From: Terriglobia bacterium
GTDB taxonomy: Bacteria > Acidobacteriota > Terriglobia > Acidiferrales > UBA7541
Direction: 5' to 3'
Assembly: GCA_963695545.1 (NCBI GenBank)
Contig: OY968796.1
Location: forward strand, 1,536,001-1,600,000
DNA: 64,000 bases
Below the pieces are notes generated by a model. The model searched no databases, had not been told where the DNA came from, and was given only the letters and a program-made list of their open reading frames with translations. Of this stretch, positions 58,369 through 64,000 are shown in pieces; the first letter of the stretch is position 1; each line of letters opens with the position of its first letter. The position numbers were made by a program, and so were the translations under genes.

Positions 58369-60824
58369 GTGGCGTTGGAAACGGGAGCGGATCCCGCGGG
58401 GCCGGGACCGCTAAGCGGCGCGGACGAGTCGGCGCCGGAATCGGGCTCACCGCCCAATCGGAACTGGCGCCGCGGCGTCGGCTCGGGCGCGCGGCCTTCG
58501 ATCAGCGGATAAACCCACTTTCGCAGAGCGGGAATGTGAATCTGAATCCAATATTCCCACCAGTCGATCGAACGCGGCTCGTAACCAAACACAGCGCGCT
58601 CGGATTCCGGCAGCTCGGCCGAAAGCAATTCGACGTTATCGCACTCGAATACCTGCTCGTTGTGCAGGATGAACGGCTCGTACAATTCGATCAGCTTTTC
58701 CACGCGCGCGAGGTCGCGCTCCTGGCGGGCCAGCGGCGGCTTCTTGAATTGCAGCGCCGAGGCCGCGCGATTGATGCCTTTCACCACAGCCTTCTGTGCC
58801 GGCACGGAAAGTTTCTGATAGCGATTCTTGGAAACCGGGATGGTTTCAAATCGCAGACGCATCCAGTGTTCCAGTCCCTGCTGCGCGCGGTAATGCTTAC
58901 GGTGTGCAAGGCCGGTGAGTTCGATCGAGCGACCCATATCGCACGGGTTGGCGGCGGACGTGGCCAGTTGATAAAGCGGCGCGTTGCGGCGCAGCACCAG
59001 AGCCGCGGCGATCAGCGTCATACCGTGGCACACCATGTCGACGGGAATGATGTCCAGGCACTTGCGCGCGTTGGTCGGCAACTGGCGAAAATATGTTCCG
59101 AGCAGATAAGAGAGCGGCGCCGACGTATTGATCCCTTCGTTCCAGCCGGAGAAAGGCTCCGCGGTCGAGGTCTCGACGATCGATGGCCGCACGACTGCAA
59201 TCGGCAGGCCTGCGCCGCGCCGCACGATCAGCGATTCGGCCAGGCTCTTTGTGAACGTGTAGGTGTTGGGCCAGCCCAGATGCCGCGCGCGCCGCGTGCC
59301 GGCGCGCGTCAGGCGATTGCGCAGCCAGCGCGTGCGGTTTTTGCGAATTTGCGTTTCGAGTTCCGCGCCCGGAGGCAGCGCAGTCTGGCGCCGCCGGCCC
59401 AGCACCTGGCGCTCGAGCGCGCCGCGCAGCTCCGGGCTTTCCGAGCGCGCTTCCGCGTTGCGCACCAACTCGCGGAGCTGCTGCCATTCCTGCTCGGCGT
59501 TGAAATCCTCCACGCCCACCGGCGTGTAATTGGGCGTCAATTCTTCGCTGACGCGGCCATCGCGCCCGCCCACGGCGTAACACGTGGAAAGATGCATCAA
59601 CGCGGCGTGACCCGATTCGCGCACAAACTCGATCACGTTGGCCACGGCCTCGACGTTGCTCGCGAGCGCTTCGCGCAGATCGGGATTGAAATCCGTGAGC
59701 CCCGAACTATTCACCACCACGTCCAGCGTGCGCGCGAGACGCTCGCGCACTTCGGGCGCCAAGCCCAGGCCGGGTTTCCCGACGTCGCCCTCGACGACCT
59801 CGACGTGCTCGCGCAGAAATTCCGCAAAGTTCGCGCCCAGTTTCTCTTCGAGCGGCTCGAAAACCGGAGATTCCTCGGCGATTTTCTCGAAGCGCCGCTC
59901 GGCCGTTGTGCTGCGTTGCCGGCGCACCAGCAGCGAAATCTTGCCGATTTCCGGCAGATTGATCAGCAGGTGCTCGAGCCACACTTTGCCGATGAAGCCC
60001 GTGACGCCGATGAGCAGAACGTGTTTGCCGGCCAGCGCACGGCGCACGGAGAGCGGCTCGACGCGCGTCTTCGGGCCAAACATCACGACCGGCAGATGAT
60101 TCGCAGGCGCGGGCCGCGCCGCTGGCCGGATGGCGTCGCGCATTTGTTCGGCGCCGATCAATCCGGTGGAAGTTGACTTCGTGCGCAACCCTCGGGCCAC
60201 GCGCTCGGCGTCCCATCGCCCGTCGGGTTTTCGGCCGCCGAAAATCGCCGACGGCCCGCGCGGCAAAACAATCGGATCGAGCAATCGGCCGGTCGCGACG
60301 CCGTCGCGAAATTCCAAGCGATTCGAGATGATTCGGTCAACGCCGAGATGTTGCGCAAGCGGCCGCATGATGTGGTCAAGCGCCTGGCTGACGAGCACTA
60401 CATCGCCATGCTGCTCGATAATTTTCTGGAGTTGCGCCACGCCGGCGGGACGCAAGAGCGGCTTCAGCACGTATTCAAAATATTCTTCGCCGAGCAGATC
60501 CAGTCGATCGCGGCTGATTCCAGCCAGAAGCGTGTGCACCACGCGTGTGGCGAAAACGCGATTCACAGCGTAGAGCAGCGGACGCAGCAAGCTCAATAGC
60601 AGCGTGGCCGCGTGGCGCGCCCAGCGCTGGGCAAAACTCTGCGCGTTCCACGCGAGATAGGTGATCGCGCGGAGCGAGTTCAGGTCCAGCAGGCTGCCCT
60701 CGACGCGCCAGTAGGTTGGCGAGGGCGCCGTCTCCGGCGGGCCTGCAGACGCAGCGCCCGAGGCGCGGGGCCCCCGGCCGTTGGACCGTTCAGAATGCCC
60801 GGATTGTGTGTCGGATTGACTCAA
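58353..60824 (-). CDS. Fusion of degenerate HAD-like domain and fatty acyl-CoA reductase (male-sterility type)
   Basis: N-terminal [29 protein letters not shown]-terminal [45 protein letters not shown] on minus strand at 60859-60854. Confidence 0.85.
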   Translation of the reverse strand: MSQSDTQSGHSERSNGRGPRASGAASAGPPETAPSPTYWRVEGSLLDLNSLRAITYLAWNAQSFAQRWARHAATLLLSLLRPLLYAVNRVFATRVVHTLLAGISRDRLDLLGEEYFEYVLKPLLRPAGVAQLQKIIEQHGDVVLVSQALDHIMRPLAQHLGVDRIISNRLEFRDGVATGRLLDPIVLPRGPSAIFGGRKPDGRWDAERVARGLRTKSTSTGLIGAEQMRDAIRPAARPAPANHLPVVMFGPKTRVEPLSVRRALAGKHVLLIGVTGFIGKVWLEHLLINLPEIGKISLLVRRQRSTTAERRFEKIAEESPVFEPLEEKLGANFAEFLREHVEVVEGDVGKPGLGLAPEVRERLARTLDVVVNSSGLTDFNPDLREALASNVEAVANVIEFVRESGHAALMHLSTCYAVGGRDGRVSEELTPNYTPVGVEDFNAEQEWQQLRELVRNAEARSESPELRGALERQVLGRRRQTALPPGAELETQIRKNRTRWLRNRLTRAGTRRARHLGWPNTYTFTKSLAESLIVRRGAGLPIAVVRPSIVETSTAEPFSGWNEGINTSAPLSYLLGTYFRQLPTNARKCLDIIPVDMVCHGMTLIAAALVLRRNAPLYQLATSAANPCDMGRSIELTGLAHRKHYRAQQGLEHWMRLRFETIPVSKNRYQKLSVPAQKAVVKGINRAASALQFKKPPLARQERDLARVEKLIELYEPFILHNEQVFECDNVELLSAELPESERAVFGYEPRSIDWWEYWIQIHIPALRKWVYPLIEGRAPEPTPRRQFRLGGEPDSGADSSAPLSGPGPAGSAPVSNATWPSS

Positions 60825-60973
60825 ATCTGAGTCCCAAGCCGCACGAGCAGAAAATTATACGAGTTCACGGGAAGGAACGAAATTAGCACTCTCACGCAGC
60901 GTAGGCAAGGGGCCTAAGGCGAAGACATGGCGAACAAGTCCCCGGGGCCCCCGTCTGGCGTCTGGCCGCGCCT

Positions 60974-62149
60974 TTAGGCGTCGGCCTTGCGGGCCGCGGA
61001 CTGCTGTTTCAAGGTCGCGCCAAGCTCGGCGTTCAAGAGTTCACCGAATCGAACGCAGCCGACCAGTTGGCCGGAGGGCTCGGCAATGTCCGCGGTGCGG
61101 AATCCCCGTTCAAGGACGCGGTCGAGCGCCGATTCAATCGCGGCGGCCTCGTTCGTAAGGCCCAGGCTTTCCCCGAGCAGCATCGCCGCCGAAAGGATTG
61201 AGCCAATCGGGTCGGCCACGTCTTTACCCGCCAGCGTGGGCGCTGAACCGTGAATGGGCTCGTAGAGCGAGGGGCCCGAGCCCAGGCTCATTGACGGGAT
61301 CAGGCCGATCGAGCCGACCAGTGCCGCCGCGCCGTCGCTCAGAATATCGCCGAACATATTCGAGGTCACGATCACGTCGAATTGCGATGGCGCCAGCACC
61401 AATTGCATGGCCGCGTTGTCCACGTAAAGGTGCTCGAGCTTTACGTCCGGGTGCCGCGCCGCCAAACGCGTCACCGTGCGCCGCCACAACGCCGAGCTTG
61501 TGAGCACGTTGGCCTTGTCCACCGAGGCCAGCCGCCGCGTGCGCGCTTCGGCGCGCGCAAATGCGTATTGCGCCACGCGTTCGATCTCGGGTGTGGTGTA
61601 GGTCTCCACGTCCCAGGCGCGCTCCACACCGTCGACGGTCTCGTGGCCGTGCTCGCCGAAATAAATTCCGCCCGCGAGTTCGCGCACGATTTCGATATCG
61701 ATCGAGCGCGCTCGCTCCGGCCGCAGCGGCGAAATTCCGGCCAGCGCCGCGCGCAGCCGAATCGGCCGCAGATTGATGTAAAGCCCCAGGCCCTTGCGCA
61801 GCGCGAGAAGTCCTGACTCGGGCCGCTTGCCAGAGGGCCGCGTGTCCCAGCGCGGTCCGCCGACCGCGCCCAGCATGATCGCGTCGGCTTCAAGGCAAGC
61901 CGCGAGCGTGGTGGCAGGCAGCGGCTCGCCGTCGGCTTCGATTCCGGCGCCGCCGAAGGGCAGCTCGGTGAAATCGAAATTTAGTCCGCTCTCGGAAGCG
62001 CAAGTTCGCAAGACGTCGGCGGCCACGCGCGTCACTTCCGGGCCGATGCCGTCGCCCGGCAAGAGCACGATTTTCTTGGGTCGCACAGAGGCTTTCGGTT
62101 TCGCGCTGAGGGCCGCGCTTGGGCTTGCGCTGATGGTTTGCGCGGTCAT
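60974..62149 (-). CDS. leuB: 3-isopropylmalate dehydrogenase
   Basis: [54 protein letters not shown]. Confidence 0.95.
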   Translation of the reverse strand: MTAQTISASPSAALSAKPKASVRPKKIVLLPGDGIGPEVTRVAADVLRTCASESGLNFDFTELPFGGAGIEADGEPLPATTLAACLEADAIMLGAVGGPRWDTRPSGKRPESGLLALRKGLGLYINLRPIRLRAALAGISPLRPERARSIDIEIVRELAGGIYFGEHGHETVDGVERAWDVETYTTPEIERVAQYAFARAEARTRRLASVDKANVLTSSALWRRTVTRLAARHPDVKLEHLYVDNAAMQLVLAPSQFDVIVTSNMFGDILSDGAAALVGSIGLIPSMSLGSGPSLYEPIHGSAPTLAGKDVADPIGSILSAAMLLGESLGLTNEAAAIESALDRVLERGFRTADIAEPSGQLVGCVRFGELLNAELGATLKQQSAARKADA

Positions 62150-62179
62150 GTGCGGGTTCGGAGTGTCGGTCGCCGCGGC

Positions 62180-63376
62180 CTAGGAAGCCGCGCGCGCGTC
62201 GTCGGGCAGCGTGGTGAAAATTCGCTTGCGAATCACTTCGTGCGCGATGGCCAGCAAGTCGCGCTGCTTTACGTGTTTGGATTCATCGGCCAGCGCATTG
62301 ACGCGGCGATAGCATTCGGCCAGCTCTTCATCGGTCGGCTCATAGCCGAATTCTTTCAGATTGGCGCGCAGCGCATTGCGTCCGGAATGTTTGCCCACCA
62401 CAAGTTGCCGCGAGGGCACGCCCACCGCTTCCGGCGAAAGAATTTCATACGTGAGCGGATTTTTCAGAATGCCGTCCTGATGAATCCCGGCCTCGTGGGC
62501 AAACGCATTCGCGCCGACCACGGCTTTGTTTGGAGGCACGGAAACGCCCGTGACTTCGCTCAACATGCGGCTGGTGGCGTAGAGTTTCTCAAGGTTCAGA
62601 TTCGTTTTTACGCCGAAGCTTACCGAGCGCACGGCCAGCGCCGCGGCGATTTCTTCCAGCGACGCATTGCCGGCTCGCTCGCCGATTCCATTGATCGTGC
62701 ATTCCACCTGACGCACGCCCGCGCGAACCGCCGCCAGTGAATTCGCCACGCCCAATCCCAAATCGTTGTGGCAATGCGCGCTCCAGGTGATTCCAGCGGG
62801 ATCGCCCAAGCGTTCGCGCACGCTCGTGAACATTGCGGCGTATTCTTCGGGAACAGCGTAGCCAACCGTGTCCGGCAGATTGATCACCGTCGCGCCGGCG
62901 CGGATGGCCGCTTCTACCGTTTGCGCCAGAAATTCCAAATCGCTGCGGCTCGCGTCTTCGGCGGAAAATTCCACTTCCTCGCAATGTTTCCGGCCGTAGG
63001 ACACCATCGTGGAGATGGCTTCAAGCGCCTGCTCGCGCGAAAGGCGCAGCTTGTGATGCAAATGCAGATCGGAGGTGGCGAGGAAAATGTGCAGGCGCGC
63101 ATGCCGCGCCGGAGCCAGCGCCTCAAGCGCCGCGTCCACGTCCTCCCGGCGCGCTCGCGCCAGCGCCGCTACGCGGCAGGTCGTGATCTCCGACGCGATC
63201 GTCCGTACCGCGTCAAGATCCCCACGCGAAGCGATCGGAAACCCGCCCTCGATCACATCCACGCCCAAATCCGCCAGTTGACGCGCCAGGCGCAGCTTCT
63301 CCGGCACGGTCATCGAAAAGCCGGGCGATTGTTCTCCGTCGCGCAGCGTGGTGTCGAAGATTTGAATGTGGTCCAT
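62180..63376 (-). CDS. leuA: 2-isopropylmalate synthase, short form (no regulatory domain)
   Basis: DTTLRDGEQSPG, LPDTVG, HCHNDLG, GIGERAGN, AHEAGIHQDG, GKHSG; ends at 398 aa. Confidence 0.88.
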   Translation of the reverse strand: MDHIQIFDTTLRDGEQSPGFSMTVPEKLRLARQLADLGVDVIEGGFPIASRGDLDAVRTIASEITTCRVAALARARREDVDAALEALAPARHARLHIFLATSDLHLHHKLRLSREQALEAISTMVSYGRKHCEEVEFSAEDASRSDLEFLAQTVEAAIRAGATVINLPDTVGYAVPEEYAAMFTSVRERLGDPAGITWSAHCHNDLGLGVANSLAAVRAGVRQVECTINGIGERAGNASLEEIAAALAVRSVSFGVKTNLNLEKLYATSRMLSEVTGVSVPPNKAVVGANAFAHEAGIHQDGILKNPLTYEILSPEAVGVPSRQLVVGKHSGRNALRANLKEFGYEPTDEELAECYRRVNALADESKHVKQRDLLAIAHEVIRKRIFTTLPDDARAAS

Positions 63377-63477
63377 TTTGGTGTGTCGCGAGCGCCCAAG
63401 GGCGCCGTGTACCCGGTCGAGGTGTGTAGTCTGAGGGCGGCCAGACACCAAGTCCAATTTATATTACTTGTAATCCC

Positions 63478-63494
63478 TATAAGCCTAGATTATA
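63478..63494. promoter_or_regulatory. LysR-type binding site
   Basis: TATAA-gcctaga-TTATA palindrome containing T-N11-A, in the AT-rich divergent gap between leuA and the LysR gene. Confidence 0.65.
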
Positions 63495-63534
63495 AGACAA
63501 ATGGGGGTCAAAAGCATCTTTTCGAGGAAACTTC

Positions 63535-64000
63535 ATGGATCTCTCTCAATTACAAGTGTTTCTGGCCGTCGCTCAGGAGCGCAGCTTCTCCCGCGCGGCT
63601 GAAAAGCTCTATCGCACCCAGCCTGCCGTCAGCATCGCCGTCCGCAAGCTTGAGGATTCGCTGGGCCAGCCGCTGGTGGTCCGCGGCGCGCGCCAGATCA
63701 AGCTCACCGATGCCGGCGAGCTGCTCAAAGACTACGCCGAGCGCCTGCTGAATCTGCGCGACGAATTGGTGAAGGGCCTCGAAGGTTTGAAGGGCCTCGA
63801 CATCGGCCAGCTTTCGCTCGGCGCCAACGAAAGCGCGATCCACGCCCTGCTGCCGTTTCTCGCCCGATTCCATCAAGCCTATCCCGGCGTGCGCATCGCC
63901 GTGCAGCGCGTTTTTTCGCGCGACATTCCGCGCGAGATTCTCAACTATCGTCTCGATCTCGGCGCCGTCTCCTACGTGCCGCAGGACCCGAAGCTCCAGG
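63535..64000 (+). CDS. LysR family transcriptional regulator (partial; absent from ORF track)
   Basis: ATG 63535: MDLSQLQVFLAVAQERSFSRAAEKLYRTQPAVSIAVRKLEDSLG..LTDAG; GAGG RBS; runs off window. Confidence 0.93.
   Translation, partial: MDLSQLQVFLAVAQERSFSRAAEKLYRTQPAVSIAVRKLEDSLGQPLVVRGARQIKLTDAGELLKDYAERLLNLRDELVKGLEGLKGLDIGQLSLGANESAIHALLPFLARFHQAYPGVRIAVQRVFSRDIPREILNYRLDLGAVSYVPQDPKLQ

Noticed and set aside
2178..60176. Many long antisense or alternate-frame ORFs (e.g. 2178-3503 +, 19889-21343 -, 35503-37197 -, 54063-55805 +, 58248-60176 +)
   Set aside because: They overlap well-supported genes, have no recognisable motifs, and are expected shadows in high-GC DNA
60883..60909. Possible CIRCE (HrcA) operator upstream of the lipid operon
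   Set aside because: Left arm TTAGCACTC is perfect but the right arm after N9 (GTAGGCAAG) matches only 4 of 9 positions of GAGTGCTAA
63377..63470. Leucine attenuator leader upstream of leuA
   Set aside because: No Leu-codon-rich leader peptide or terminator visible; a LysR site explains the regulation better
62768..63751. 327-aa plus-strand ORF across leuA and the divergent gap
   Set aside because: Antisense shadow of leuA; the real plus-strand gene is the LysR starting at 63535 in another frame

Overview
High-GC bacterial chromosome segment, probably Acidobacteriota (inferred from gene content and synteny, not from a search). Left part is core genome: rpoD, dnaG, mutS2, dacB, a DNA-repair-type radical SAM gene, oppD/oppF-like ATPases, and tgt-yajC-secD-secF followed by tonB-exbB-exbD-exbD-TPR. 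The middle holds GH51, GH31 and GH105 glycosidases, rel, ridA, a stand-alone tRNA-Ile(GAT) and a 2-oxoacid:ferredoxin oxidoreductase. The right end has leuB, a short leuA and a partial LysR gene. Best candidates for new biology: (1) a ~12 kb, largely translationally coupled lipid operon (48.9-60.8 kb) carrying as separate genes the activities fused in the myxobacterial ether-lipid enzyme ElbD, plus a degenerate HAD domain, a crotonase, a lipid kinase and a pyruvyl-transferase-like protein; (2) a fluoride (crcB)-type riboswitch with a reciprocal U/A swap and a competing terminator, placed in front of a dynamin-like GTPase rather than a fluoride exporter. Also found: a hidden higB toxin remnant coupled to an orphan higA, an AT-rich repeat/palindrome element before rel, SOS-box-like direct repeats, several pseudo-enzymes and probable leaderless genes. 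No CRISPR array, rRNA, integrase or transposase was seen. All calls come from motif reading by eye; no database searches were run.
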